The notes: generated by a model from the letters alone, not told the origin. DNA of 64,000 nt from an uncultured Spirochaetaceae bacterium (GCA_964588355.1 CAZPPB010000002.1:16218-80217); one strand, 5' to 3'; shown: positions 28,603 through 38,721, numbered from the stretch's first letter. Made by a program: numbers and translations.

Positions 28603-29175
28603 CTATGCGCAGCCTGCAAGATCCCTGTTCAGTTGTTCCGCATCCGTAAACAACAGGGAGCGAATCCCCAGAGCGCCGGCTGCTTCAACGTTCTCTGGAA
28701 CGTCGTCTACGAAAACGGCTCGATCGGCCGAACAACCCTCGTGCTCCAAAATATAGGCGTAGAAGGCCGGGTCCGGTTTTGCCAACCCTATCAGATGCGA
28801 AGCATAGACCGCATCGAAGATACGGTAGTCACCCTTTCGCAGATGTATCTGGTAGTGGGGGCTGATCGTATTTGTTCCGGCCACGACCCGGGCGCCGTTT
28901 TTCAGCGTATCGATAAGCTCGATGACATCCGGATCCAGCTCGGGCTCGAAGAATCTGTTGAGCAAGTCTTCTTCTACGGTGAGCCCGCTTCTCCGGCAAA
29001 ATCTTCGGACGAACTCCTGTTCCGAAATCCTGCCGGTGGTCAGCTCTCCGAAATCATCCCGGGCGTATTCGATCATCTTCGCACCGTCGAACTCCAGATA
29101 CGCAGCTATATTCGGCACCGCGTTCGTATTTCGGCTTACGACCCCCCCCATATCGAAGATATATAGATCGACCAT
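28603..29175 (-). CDS. HAD-superfamily hydrolase (subfamily IA-like phosphatase)
   Basis: Motif I IFDMGGV, later VVAGTN, K..KPDP, FVDDV. Confidence 0.7.
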   Translation of the reverse strand: MVDLYIFDMGGVVSRNTNAVPNIAAYLEFDGAKMIEYARDDFGELTTGRISEQEFVRRFCRRSGLTVEEDLLNRFFEPELDPDVIELIDTLKNGARVVAGTNTISPHYQIHLRKGDYRIFDAVYASHLIGLAKPDPAFYAYILEHEGCSADRAVFVDDVPENVEAAGALGIRSLLFTDAEQLNRDLAGCA

Positions 29176-29192
29176 CCACTCTCCATGACTGC

Positions 29193-30068
29193 TCAGTCGA
29201 GCTCTCTCATTCTCTCAAGCACCTCGTCGATCGTTCCGTCGAACGGCCCCGGTTTCTCCATCTTGAGGCTGGTCAGGGCGGCGGCGTACCGCAGAGATTC
29301 CTCGGGCCCGTGGTTCATCCGCCGGGTCATATAGGCGGCAAAGCAGGTATCCCCCCGTCCTGTCCGGCCCGACAGGTTCGAGGGATTGAACGGTGCCGTG
29401 AACAACTTCTTGCCGTCGTACAGCAGCACCTCACTCGAATGGGTGATCAGAACCTCCGATGCTCCCCAGCCGTGGAGCATTCGGGCTGCTTCCCGTCTGT
29501 CCTCGGTTCCGGTAATGACCCTCGATTCGAGGGAGTCGGCCTTCAAATAGTGGATGTGGGGAAGATACTCCTGTTTCTCCGGCCAATCGTGCCAGGAGAA
29601 GTTGCCCTCCCGGCTGCTGCGGAGCATGCACTGCAGGTCCAGCCCCACCCGGGCCTTCCGGGCGAGCGGTTCGATCATCTCCGGGGGTATGTCTCCGTAA
29701 AACAGGCCGGCGAGATTGAAAATCTCCGTCTGTACGTCGGGGATCTCCTCGAACCGAAAGGGCTCGGCCTGTGAGAGAAGCCGCACCTTGCGCCGGTCCG
29801 CATCCTCGGTCTCGAAGATGTTTTTTATGGAGGTGGTATGGATGCTCGGCAGTGCGATCACCTCTATGCCCTGTTCGGTCAGCCCGTACAGAAGCCCGAA
29901 GTCTTTCCGGGCCAGCTTCGTCAGGACCAGGATCCTGGCGCCGGAACGTTGCGCGGCGAAAGAAGAAAAATAGGCTGCGCCGCCGATGAACCGGGAGACC
30001 TCACCCCTTTCGCTCAGCACATCATTGGTAACGTGGCCGATCGTGACGATGTCATACCCCTTGCGCAT
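29193..30068 (-). CDS. PfkB-family carbohydrate kinase
   Basis: Ribokinase-like fold; C-terminal GRGDTCFAAY (anion hole/GG-DTxGAGD-type motif); ATG at 30068 overlaps the PMM stop (TAATG). Confidence 0.8.
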   Translation of the reverse strand: MRKGYDIVTIGHVTNDVLSERGEVSRFIGGAAYFSSFAAQRSGARILVLTKLARKDFGLLYGLTEQGIEVIALPSIHTTSIKNIFETEDADRRKVRLLSQAEPFRFEEIPDVQTEIFNLAGLFYGDIPPEMIEPLARKARVGLDLQCMLRSSREGNFSWHDWPEKQEYLPHIHYLKADSLESRVITGTEDRREAARMLHGWGASEVLITHSSEVLLYDGKKLFTAPFNPSNLSGRTGRGDTCFAAYMTRRMNHGPEESLRYAAALTSLKMEKPGPFDGTIDEVLERMRELD

Positions 30069-31306
30069 TATGTCTTCTCCCCTTTGTCGTTGAGAATCAG
30101 AGCAATCAATTCCCGTTTCCGCCTTTCGAGTTTCTCCTCCGTGTCCGCCTCGACAACCAGACGCAGCTTCGGCTCGGTGCTGCCCGCACGGAGGACGAAC
30201 CACCAGTCGGAAAAATCAACCTGCAGGCCCGAGATCTCCGACACGCTTCCGTTAGGATAAACTTGCCGGACTTTTTTGACTATACCTTCCGCGTTCTCCA
30301 CGGTAAAACTCAATTCACCGGTGGAGAAGTAGCGCTCCAGCGGGTCGACAAGCTCGGACAGCCTCTTTTTCTCCCTGCAGAGGATATTGAGCATGATCAG
30401 GAGAGCCAGCAGGGCAGAGGTGTTGCTCCCAGGGTCAGAAGATATTCGGCAACGCTTCGGGAGGAACGGATATCGCACAGCACCTTCGAGTGTACTCGCA
30501 CTGTGTCGGGATGATGCTTGTAGAAGAAAAGCCCCAACAGGGCTGTGATCCGATCGGCCGCAACCGGTTGCCCCCGTTCGTCGATAAAAATGAGCCGATC
30601 GCCGTCTCCGTCGAAGCATACTCCCAGGTCGGCGTGCTCAGTCAGGACCTTCTCCCGGACCTGGCTGAGGTTCTGCAGCTCCAGGGGATTAGGCCCATGC
30701 TGAGGAAAGCGTCCATCCGCAACGTCATTGATGATGCTGTGTCTTATGGGCAGGTCCGCCACCAGTCGGCCGAAGCCGTAGGCCGCCGCACCGTTGGAGC
30801 AATCCGAGACCAAACGAAGATACCCAATTCCCTTCTTGTACGGTTGCAAGAATTCCAGGTAATCCCCGATGACATCCAGCCGGCGCATTCGTCCCGTTGA
30901 TCGCCTGGCTTTTGGCGCCACCTTCACCATTTCTTCCAACTCTTTCAGGCTCGTGTCAAGCCACCACCGGCACCGCTCCCCTGCCGGAGATCTTCAGCCC
31001 GTTGTATTCCGGTGGATTGTGGGAGGCTGTGATCATGGCGCTGCCGTCAAATCCATAAAATGCATTGGCGAAGTACAGACTGGGCGTGCAGCAGGGACCG
31101 ATGTCGGTGACCTCCGCGCCTGCATCTCTGATGCCTTGGCTGAGAGCGGAGAAGATCTCCTGCGAGGACAGCCGTGGATCTCGTCCCAAAACGATATCTC
31201 GGGCTCCAAGAAGGCCGGGCAGATAGTAGCCGATTCGATAGACCGTCTCCCTGTTCAACTGCTCGGGATAGATGCCCCTGATGTCGTTCCCGGAAAACAG
31301 CGCCAC
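30068..31306 (-). pseudogene. phosphomannomutase/phosphoglucomutase, disrupted by two frameshifts
   Basis: Domain I with active-site TASHNPPEYNGLK in one frame (30956-31306); domains II/III with metal loop CFDGDGDRLIF in a second frame (30397-30939); domain IV GELSFTVE..DWWFVLRAGSTEPKLRLVVEA back in the first frame (30068-30480). Confidence 0.6.
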
Positions 31307-31314
31307 GGTCTAGG

Positions 31315-32085
31315 CTACGGTCCCGTGCTTGCTCTCGGAGATGAGATCAACGCTGACTCGAGCAGGCTGGGCAGTTCTGCAATCGAGTTCAGCACCGCAT
31401 CGGGCTTGGGAAACTCAGGATCGGGGGTCTCCTTGAAATCATGGCGAATCTGCAGAGCCAGGGCGAAGCCGGCCCGTTTCGCCCCCAGGATATCCCGGGA
31501 GATACGATCCCCTATGTGAACGCATGCGCTTGGGGAGGCGTTCAACAGTCCCGCGGCGTGCTGGAAGATAGCCGGGTCGGGCTTGCGGCGCCCGTATTCG
31601 CTGGACAGTACGACAGGGTCGAAGTAATGCCTGATCCCGTAGCGGTTCAGATCGTCGGGGACCTGACCGCGGGATTGGATATTGCTGATGATTCCCAGCT
31701 TCAAACCCATCCGCGTGAGGGTCTCCAGCACCTTAGGAATCTCGGGACGCATGCGGCGCTGGTAGTACCGTGTATCCACAGTGTATGTAAGATCTTCCGC
31801 TACCCCGTCCAGCTGACCGGGAGCTAAAGGGTAGGTTTTCAATATAAACTCCCGCCAAACTTTCTCGGGTGGAAGCTCAACCAAAGAAACCTCCCGCCAC
31901 CGGCGGTAGGCCTTCAACCCTTGGTTGATCCGGTCGTACAGCTCCTCATCGCAGCCGTGAACGTCCACACCGGCTCGGGACAGCAGCAGACGGATCTCTT
32001 CGGTGGCCTTTATCCCGGCTCTGCGCTCATAGGTGTGCGTATCTATGGTACCGCCCATGTCGAAAAAGACAGCTTTCAGATTCAT
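31315..32085 (-). CDS. HAD-superfamily hydrolase
   Basis: Motif I VFFDMGGT (start MNLKAVFFDMGG at 32085), later ISNI, RRKPDP, GDRISRD. Confidence 0.7.
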   Translation of the reverse strand: MNLKAVFFDMGGTIDTHTYERRAGIKATEEIRLLLSRAGVDVHGCDEELYDRINQGLKAYRRWREVSLVELPPEKVWREFILKTYPLAPGQLDGVAEDLTYTVDTRYYQRRMRPEIPKVLETLTRMGLKLGIISNIQSRGQVPDDLNRYGIRHYFDPVVLSSEYGRRKPDPAIFQHAAGLLNASPSACVHIGDRISRDILGAKRAGFALALQIRHDFKETPDPEFPKPDAVLNSIAELPSLLESALISSPRASTGP

Positions 32086-32234
32086 GTCATCATACCGGAG
32101 AGTGGATTTCCTTCCATAAAATAGACTGTGAGTGAACGAATTGTACCGTTGAACTGGATTGTCCGCGTCCAAAAATATCAGGTTTGTCTGCGAGTGTAAA
32201 TAAAAATTTTCAATGAATTTGTGATGCGCAAATT

Positions 32235-33018
32235 TTATTTCTGCACCCGCCGGCGAGCAGTTGTTTCCGGTTTCGCTGTATTCACCCTGTTGCTTTTTTT
32301 GTTCACCCTGGCCAGGTCAGATACCTCTTCGTGGTAGTAGGTAGTTCTGATATCATTGAGCTCGCGCAGGGCTTCCATAGCCTTCTCCCCCAATTTTTCG
32401 GCCACCCGGATGATGAGGGCATTTGTAACCGCCATGGGAACGAGGGAGTGGAGAGAAACACACCGAAGGGCCCCCGCTTGGCGTACAGAACAAGGTGAGC
32501 ATTGCGGACCATGGGGGGCACACGGGTATCGGTTATCAGCAGATTGGGAATTTGCCTTCTGTGTACGAAATCGAGGAGGCTTATTATATCGGGGGTAGGT
32601 TTGTAGAATGCATACACGACGAGGAAATCTTTAGGGGTCAGCAGAATGAGCTTCTCGAAGATATTGTTATCGGTATCCGGGATGAGAACGGTTTTTTTTC
32701 GGAAGCTGTTCAACCGAAAGCACAGGTAGGTGGCCAGGGATTCGTTGGAGCCGCTGCCGAACATGTAGATCGTATCGGCACGGCACAGGTAGCGGACAGC
32801 AGAGTTGAAGTTATTTTTATCAATAGAAGAGACTGATTCGCTCAAGTACTCGATACCGCCGCTTCGCTGGTGTCCAGGACGGAAGCCAATTCCGAGATCG
32901 AATAGAATATGACCTCCTGCACATTGGTTGAGATATAGTCGGCTATCTTCCTCTGCTTCTTGGGCAATCGGTCGTAGGCTTCGTGTATCTGCGAAAACAA
33001 ATCCTTTTCCCCCGACAT
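32235..33018 (-). pseudogene. MurR/RpiR-family transcriptional regulator (HTH_6 + SIS), frameshifted
   Basis: Canonical N-terminus MSGEKDLFSQIHEAYDRLPKKQRKIADYISTNVQEVIFYSISELASVLDTSEAAV from ATG 33018 (GGAGAA RBS) runs into a stop near 32845; the SIS domain (TIYMFGSGSNESLATYLCFRL..) continues in another frame, and the C-terminal helix appears in a third frame (32235-32435). Confidence 0.55.
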
Positions 33019-33132
33019 GATCGGTTCTCCCGCTCGAAAATATTTTTACTTTATTCTTGAGCATATTTTCATTTTTTTGCAGCCTTTACGGGAAGCCGGC
33101 CGGCAGCTTAAGTTGACACGGCAGGAGGGATC

Positions 33133-34320
33133 TCACATACCGGTGGTGGAACCGACCAGCCAGCGAAGCAAAACCCAGGCTGCGGCAATAAGCAGCCAGG
33201 CGAGCATCGCCACCCAGAAGAATCCGAAGCCGGAGTAAAGGGCGAAGCCGACGATCGGGCCCGCGGCGGTTCCCAAGTCGAGGAAGGTGGAGAAGCGACT
33301 CAGGTGAAGCGCCCCGTCTCGATGGGGAGCAAGGTCTCCCGCCAGGGTGTACAGCAGGAGGCGGACCCCTATACTGGCGGCGAACTGAAGCAGCAGGCAG
33401 GTAACCATCAGGGGCCAGGCAGGACAGAAGGCGATACCCCCTATGCAGCCTGCCTGCAGGGCGATCAGGACCATCAGCAGTCGCTTTCTCCCGAAGCGAT
33501 CACCGATCATTCCTGCGAGGGGGCCCAGAATCAAAGTTCCAAACGAGCGAAAGCCGAGCAGCAGCCCAGTCAGGCTGGTTACTCCGAGAGACAGTGGCAG
33601 GATGGGCCCGATTCGGTCGGCCACCAGGCGTCCGGTGAGATTTGCGATCATCTCCTCGGTCATTGTCAGAGCCAGGGCGCATCCCCAGAGGCCGAGAAGC
33701 GATTTTCCCTGCTCTGAGGCGAACACGGAGTTCGGAGTGATCGGATTGCGCTGCGGAGCTTTCCACAGCAGGAGCAGACCAGACAGTGTAGCGCAGCCGA
33801 AGATGAAGAATGTCGAGGGGATCCCAATCGTATCTACCAGCAGGCCGCCGATGAGAACGCCGCCTCCCTGCCCGATCCTGGTGATCGCCTGATAGACTGC
33901 GAAGATGCGTCCCCGGGTTTGGCGGGAGGAAATCGCCAGGGCGGCCAGATATCCTTCGACCCGAAACAGAGACCAGCAGGCTCCCCAGGCTAGGCGGGCG
34001 GCCAGGAGACCCCAGAAACCGATCGGCAGGGCGTAGCTGGCCGTAATCAGGCTGCCGGCGATGACAGCCGCGTACAGAGGCCGGTTGCTGCGGCTGCGCC
34101 GGACCAGGCGTCCGGCCAATTCGTTTGTTCCGAGACGGACCAGGCGGTTTGCCCCGAGCAGGATGCCGACCTGCCAGACCTGCAGGCTGAAGGCCTCCGG
34201 GCGGGAGGGAAGCACTGCATACAGCAGGGCATCACCAAGCAGGGAAAGTGCCACGATCATCGAAGTCAACAGAAACCGCCTTCGATTTTCGGTTGCCTCT
34301 GTGGTTTCGATTCTCCGCAT
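33133..34320 (-). CDS. MFS transporter
   Basis: 395 aa, ~12 TM helices, MFS-like loop motifs. Confidence 0.75.
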   Translation of the reverse strand: MRRIETTEATENRRRFLLTSMIVALSLLGDALLYAVLPSRPEAFSLQVWQVGILLGANRLVRLGTNELAGRLVRRSRSNRPLYAAVIAGSLITASYALPIGFWGLLAARLAWGACWSLFRVEGYLAALAISSRQTRGRIFAVYQAITRIGQGGGVLIGGLLVDTIGIPSTFFIFGCATLSGLLLLWKAPQRNPITPNSVFASEQGKSLLGLWGCALALTMTEEMIANLTGRLVADRIGPILPLSLGVTSLTGLLLGFRSFGTLILGPLAGMIGDRFGRKRLLMVLIALQAGCIGGIAFCPAWPLMVTCLLLQFAASIGVRLLLYTLAGDLAPHRDGALHLSRFSTFLDLGTAAGPIVGFALYSGFGFFWVAMLAWLLIAAAWVLLRWLVGSTTGM

Positions 34321-34445
34321 TGATTAGCTCCCGCAAGGCATCGGCAGTACCCGGTGTCGTCGTGGGCTCATCGTGGTTCAGATTCGATGCATCGTCAAGC
34401 ATTGATGAAAATGAAGTTGCATACTCGAAGCCAAACGAACGTCAC

Positions 34446-34473
34446 TTGACAGACCGGCCAGGACTTGTAGTAT
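34446..34473 (+). promoter_or_regulatory. candidate sigma-70 promoter (TTGACA-N16-TAGTAT) for the second ABC importer operon
   Basis: Consensus -35 at 34446-34451 and near-consensus -10 at 34468-34473, 14 nt before ATG 34487 (short leader). Confidence 0.45.
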
Positions 34474-34486
34474 TAGACCAAACGAA

Positions 34487-36316
34487 ATGGCAGTTAACAC
34501 ACCTGCGGATCTCGTGGGCGGTCGGAAATTTCAGTTTGCCGCCGCTAAGCTCCGCAATCGTCCTGACATCCTGCTGGCTCTTTTATTCCTGGTCGTGCTG
34601 TCGTTTCTGGTCATCGCACCTCTGGTTCAGATCATCTACACGTCTGTGATCTATCAGAGCAACGATCTGCGGGTCGTTCGGGACGCGCGAGCCGGTCAGT
34701 TCACCCTGTACCATTATGCCAGGATTTTCAGCGGGCGCCTGGCCCGCTCGATCTTCTATAAGCCGTTTGTAAACAGCCTGATCGTCGGATTCGGGGTTAC
34801 TCTGTTCGCCATGACTATCGGGGCGCTGCTGGCCTGGGTCCTGGTACGCACCGACATCCACCTCAAGGGTTTTTTCAACTCCGTGATCGTCATCCCCTAC
34901 ATGATGCCATCCTGGGTTATCGCCCTTGCCTGGCTGATCTTCTTCAAAAACGATCGCATAGCGGGCCAGCAGGGAATGCTACAACAGCTGCTGGGGGTGG
35001 GACCTCCGGATTGGTTTTCTTACGGGCTGCTGCCGATCATCATCTGTCTCGGCCTGCACTACTATTCATACTCGTTCCTGCTGGTTTCCGGGGCTCTCAG
35101 AACCGTAGACTCAGAGCTGGAGGAGGCGGGAGCGATCGCCGGACTTTCCAGATCCGCCATACTGCGAAAGATCACGCTTCCGATCGTACTGCCGGCACTC
35201 AGCTCCTCCTTCATTCTCACCTTCACCCGTAGCATGGGAACCTTCGGCACTCCTGCTCTGTTGGGGTTGCCGGTGCGCTTCTTCACTATTCCCACCCGGA
35301 TCTATGCATCGATCAACTCTCGAAACATGGGCGATGCATTTGTGCTGGCGTTGGTGCTGGTGCTGCTGGCTTCTGTGGCCATTTACATCAACAGTCGCAT
35401 CATCGGTATCCGCCGGAGCTTCGTAACGATGCGGGGTAAAGGATTCCGCAGCCATCCGACCAGGCTTGGTGCTCTGCGTGTTCCGCTGACGATCATCGTG
35501 CTCGTATTCCTGCTGGTGGCGGTGTTTCTGCCGGTGGTGATCCTGGGCTACAGCACCTTCATGCTTCTCCCCGGAGACTACTCGTTCTCCAATCTCACCC
35601 TCCATTTCTGGGTTGGGGAAAGCGATTTCAGGATAGCCAGCGGTCAGGAGGGTATCCTGCGCAACGACGGGATCGGCAGGGGCGTATGGAACAGCGTCCG
35701 CCTGGGCGTGCTGGCAGCAGCAATCAACGGGGTCATCGGTCTTCTCATCGGATATTCGGTGGTGCGCAGCCGGGGCCGTCCCCTGTCCAAACTGCTGGAG
35801 GCCGTGTCTTTTGCCCCCTATGTGTTTCCTAGCATTGCTATGGGAGCGATCTACCTGGGTATGTTCGCCCGTCCCCTCGGGCCGATCCCCGCTCTATACG
35901 GAACCTTCGTGCTCCTGGTGCTTATTGTGGTGGTCAAGAATCTGCCCTTCTCTTCACGGTCGGGGATCAGCGCCATGCTGCAGATCGACAAGTCCCTGGA
36001 GGAGAGCGCCCGTATCCATGGGCTCCCCTGGTTCAAGCGTTTTCGAAAAATCATCTTTCCTCTGGCTAGAAGCGGGTTCGTTTCGGGAATGATCCTGACT
36101 TTCATCACCGCCATGAGAGAGCTTTCCCTTTTGATCCTCCTGGTCACACCCGCCACCCGGGTACTCACCTCGGTGATTTTCGAGTACGAGAGCCAGGATC
36201 AGACCCAGCACGCCAATGGGGTCACCCTGATCCTGCTCGCCATTATCGTAGTCGCGAGTCTAGTGGTTCGGCGTTTTTTCGGTCAACGAAGCCTGTCAGG
36301 CTTGAGAGATTCCTGA
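34487..36316 (+). CDS. ABC transporter permease, fused two-domain FbpB/AfuB type
   Basis: 609 aa with two permease repeats (EEAGAIAGLSRSAILRKITLP.. and EESARIHGLPWFKRFRKIIFP). Confidence 0.85.
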   Translation: MAVNTPADLVGGRKFQFAAAKLRNRPDILLALLFLVVLSFLVIAPLVQIIYTSVIYQSNDLRVVRDARAGQFTLYHYARIFSGRLARSIFYKPFVNSLIVGFGVTLFAMTIGALLAWVLVRTDIHLKGFFNSVIVIPYMMPSWVIALAWLIFFKNDRIAGQQGMLQQLLGVGPPDWFSYGLLPIIICLGLHYYSYSFLLVSGALRTVDSELEEAGAIAGLSRSAILRKITLPIVLPALSSSFILTFTRSMGTFGTPALLGLPVRFFTIPTRIYASINSRNMGDAFVLALVLVLLASVAIYINSRIIGIRRSFVTMRGKGFRSHPTRLGALRVPLTIIVLVFLLVAVFLPVVILGYSTFMLLPGDYSFSNLTLHFWVGESDFRIASGQEGILRNDGIGRGVWNSVRLGVLAAAINGVIGLLIGYSVVRSRGRPLSKLLEAVSFAPYVFPSIAMGAIYLGMFARPLGPIPALYGTFVLLVLIVVVKNLPFSSRSGISAMLQIDKSLEESARIHGLPWFKRFRKIIFPLARSGFVSGMILTFITAMRELSLLILLVTPATRVLTSVIFEYESQDQTQHANGVTLILLAIIVVASLVVRRFFGQRSLSGLRDS

Positions 36317-36355
36317 TGCGTCGCATCGGAAAAAAACTTTACTAAGGAGTTCGAT

Positions 36356-37618
36356 ATGAAAACGAAGTATTTGACTCTATCCATTTTGTTCCTTTTCATC
36401 CTTTTGGCCGTCCTTGGCTGCGGCGAAGGCCGTAAGGAGGCGGTTCCGAATGTGTATTCGCCGGAAACGGTGCAGTGGCTCCGGTCGGCGAAGCTGGATG
36501 CCTTTGAGGACAGTCCCCAGGATTGGGCGGAAATCGAGCGTTTGGCCAAGGAGGAGGGACGTGTGGTAGTCTACTCCTCCTCATCCCGGATCGCCAATGT
36601 GGCCGAAGCTTTCGAGGCCACCTATCCGGAAATTACACTCGAGGGCTACGACCTGGGATCGGTGCAGACCCTGGAAAAAACGATCCGGGAGCAGGAAGCC
36701 GGTGTTTACAACGCCGACATCATCACAACCGGTGGATCCGGGCAGGTTATCTACGAGCTGCTGGCCAATCACCGGATCGTGAATTTCGTTCCCGACACGG
36801 TGGGTGATCAGATTTCCGAAGAGATGAAGGATCCTCTTCTGGTCCGCATCAACGAGGCGATCGTCTTCTTCTACAACAGGGAGGCCTATCCCGACGCCCC
36901 GCCGATCGAAAATATCTGGGCGCTCACAACCGAAGAATGGCGAGGGAAAGTTGTGCTTAAAAATCCCCTGGAATCGGAATCCGTGTTCATGGGGGTCTGC
37001 ACCCTGGTCGAACATGCAGATGAGATGGAAGCGGCATACGAGCGCTTCGCCGGCAAGAAGCTCGAGCTCAGTCCCGATGTTCCCGACGCCGGTTATGAGT
37101 TTCTTTACCGCCTGTTGAAAAATGACTTGATCCTTCTCTCCTCAGGCAGCAAGTCCGCCGAAGCTTCCGGCCAGACGGGCCAGCCGGATCCCCCGATCAG
37201 CATCGGGTCCTTCACCTATATCCGCTACAATGACACGAAGGGATTTGCCAATGAGGTATTTCGGGATCTGGACCCTGTTTCCGGCGTGATCTATCCCACC
37301 TACACGGGAATCGCTGCGTATGCGCCCCATCCGAACGCGGCAAAGCTGCTCACAGCCTTCCTGCTTGGATCTCCGGAGATCAATCCGAATTCGGTGATCG
37401 AGGAACCCTACACGGAGGGCGAGAGTGTAGAGCTGCTTCAGGGTTTGGCTCCCTACTACGAGATGGGTTCCCAGAGCCCGAGGAAGGACGTGCCTCCGCC
37501 GGCGGGTGGAGAGATCTGGGACGAGGTAGCTTCCAATTGCTGGACCGTCAGTCCGGAGTTCATGTGGTATGAGGCTCCGAATGTGCAGGATTTCTGGGTC
37601 CAGGAGTCGGCCCAATAG
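36356..37618 (+). CDS. ABC transporter substrate-binding lipoprotein (FbpA/AfuA family)
   Basis: Lipoprotein signal LAVLGCGEG, AAGGAG RBS; SBP fold. Confidence 0.8.
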   Translation: MKTKYLTLSILFLFILLAVLGCGEGRKEAVPNVYSPETVQWLRSAKLDAFEDSPQDWAEIERLAKEEGRVVVYSSSSRIANVAEAFEATYPEITLEGYDLGSVQTLEKTIREQEAGVYNADIITTGGSGQVIYELLANHRIVNFVPDTVGDQISEEMKDPLLVRINEAIVFFYNREAYPDAPPIENIWALTTEEWRGKVVLKNPLESESVFMGVCTLVEHADEMEAAYERFAGKKLELSPDVPDAGYEFLYRLLKNDLILLSSGSKSAEASGQTGQPDPPISIGSFTYIRYNDTKGFANEVFRDLDPVSGVIYPTYTGIAAYAPHPNAAKLLTAFLLGSPEINPNSVIEEPYTEGESVELLQGLAPYYEMGSQSPRKDVPPPAGGEIWDEVASNCWTVSPEFMWYEAPNVQDFWVQESAQ

Positions 37619-37629
37619 GTGAGGGGCGT

Positions 37630-38721
37630 TTGAGCAGCATCGTTCTACAAGACATCAGTAAATCGTACGGCGGGGTAACCGCCGTACGAAATCTTTCTCT
37701 TCATATCGCCGAAGGCCAGTTCGTGACCCTTCTGGGTCCTTCCGGATGCGGCAAGACTACCACTCTGCGAGTCATCGCCGGTCTGGAGGAACCCGACACA
37801 GGGGAGGTGCTAATAGGTGAACGGCTGCTGTTTTCCCGCTCCAGGGGGGTGTTCATCCCCCCTGAAAAGAGGGGACTGGGGCTGATCTTCCAGAGCTATG
37901 CCCTCTGGCCGCACATGACGGTCCGACGCAACATCGCCTTAGGGCTGGAGCAGCAGCGCCTCGCCAAGGATGTCGTACAAAAGAGGGTACAATCGGCACT
38001 GGAAAAGGTTCATCTGACCGGCTACGAAGAGCGGTACCCGTCGGAACTATCCGGCGGTCAGCAGCAGAGGGTGGCGGTAGCCCGGATGGTGGCCGCTGAA
38101 CCGGAGATCTTTCTAATGGACGAACCCCTTTCCAACCTCGACGCCATGCTGCGCATCGACATGCGGGCGGAGCTCAAGCGCTTGCATCACGAGCTGGAAG
38201 CGACCACTGTCTACGTTACCCATGACCAGGTGGAAGCCCTGACCTTGTCGGACCTGATCGCGGTCATGGACTCCGGGGTTGTCCGGCAGATCGGCACGCC
38301 CGAGGATATCTACAAGCGGCCTGAGGACCTGTTCGTAGCCCGCTTCGTGGGCAGTCCCCGGATCAACACGGTAACGGGGCGTATCGTGAGTGAAGACGGT
38401 CGAAGCCAATTTACCGCCGGGCAGCTGTCGATCCCCGTTCAGCCCGATCGATCATTCCCGGGGGAACAGATAGTTGCGGCAGTGCGCCCCGAAGACATCG
38501 AGGTTTCCGGAAAACCGGTGGAGGGGTGGTTGGAATGCAGGGCTTACTCGATCCTTCCGGTGGGCTCGGAAACGATCATCAACGTGCAGTCCTCCGACTT
38601 TTCCCTGTCTGTAAAAGTGAATGGTTTCTCCGATATACAGATGGATGACCCGGTCTGGGTGCAGCTGAATGAATCTGCTGTGAATTTTTACGACAGCCGA
38701 GACGAGCAGCGCATCCCCTGA
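37630..38721 (+). CDS. ABC transporter ATP-binding protein (FbpC/AfuC/PotA type)
   Basis: LLGPSGCGKTT, LSGGQQQRVAVARM, FLMDEPLSNLD; TTG start. Confidence 0.9.
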   Translation: MSSIVLQDISKSYGGVTAVRNLSLHIAEGQFVTLLGPSGCGKTTTLRVIAGLEEPDTGEVLIGERLLFSRSRGVFIPPEKRGLGLIFQSYALWPHMTVRRNIALGLEQQRLAKDVVQKRVQSALEKVHLTGYEERYPSELSGGQQQRVAVARMVAAEPEIFLMDEPLSNLDAMLRIDMRAELKRLHHELEATTVYVTHDQVEALTLSDLIAVMDSGVVRQIGTPEDIYKRPEDLFVARFVGSPRINTVTGRIVSEDGRSQFTAGQLSIPVQPDRSFPGEQIVAAVRPEDIEVSGKPVEGWLECRAYSILPVGSETIINVQSSDFSLSVKVNGFSDIQMDDPVWVQLNESAVNFYDSRDEQRIP

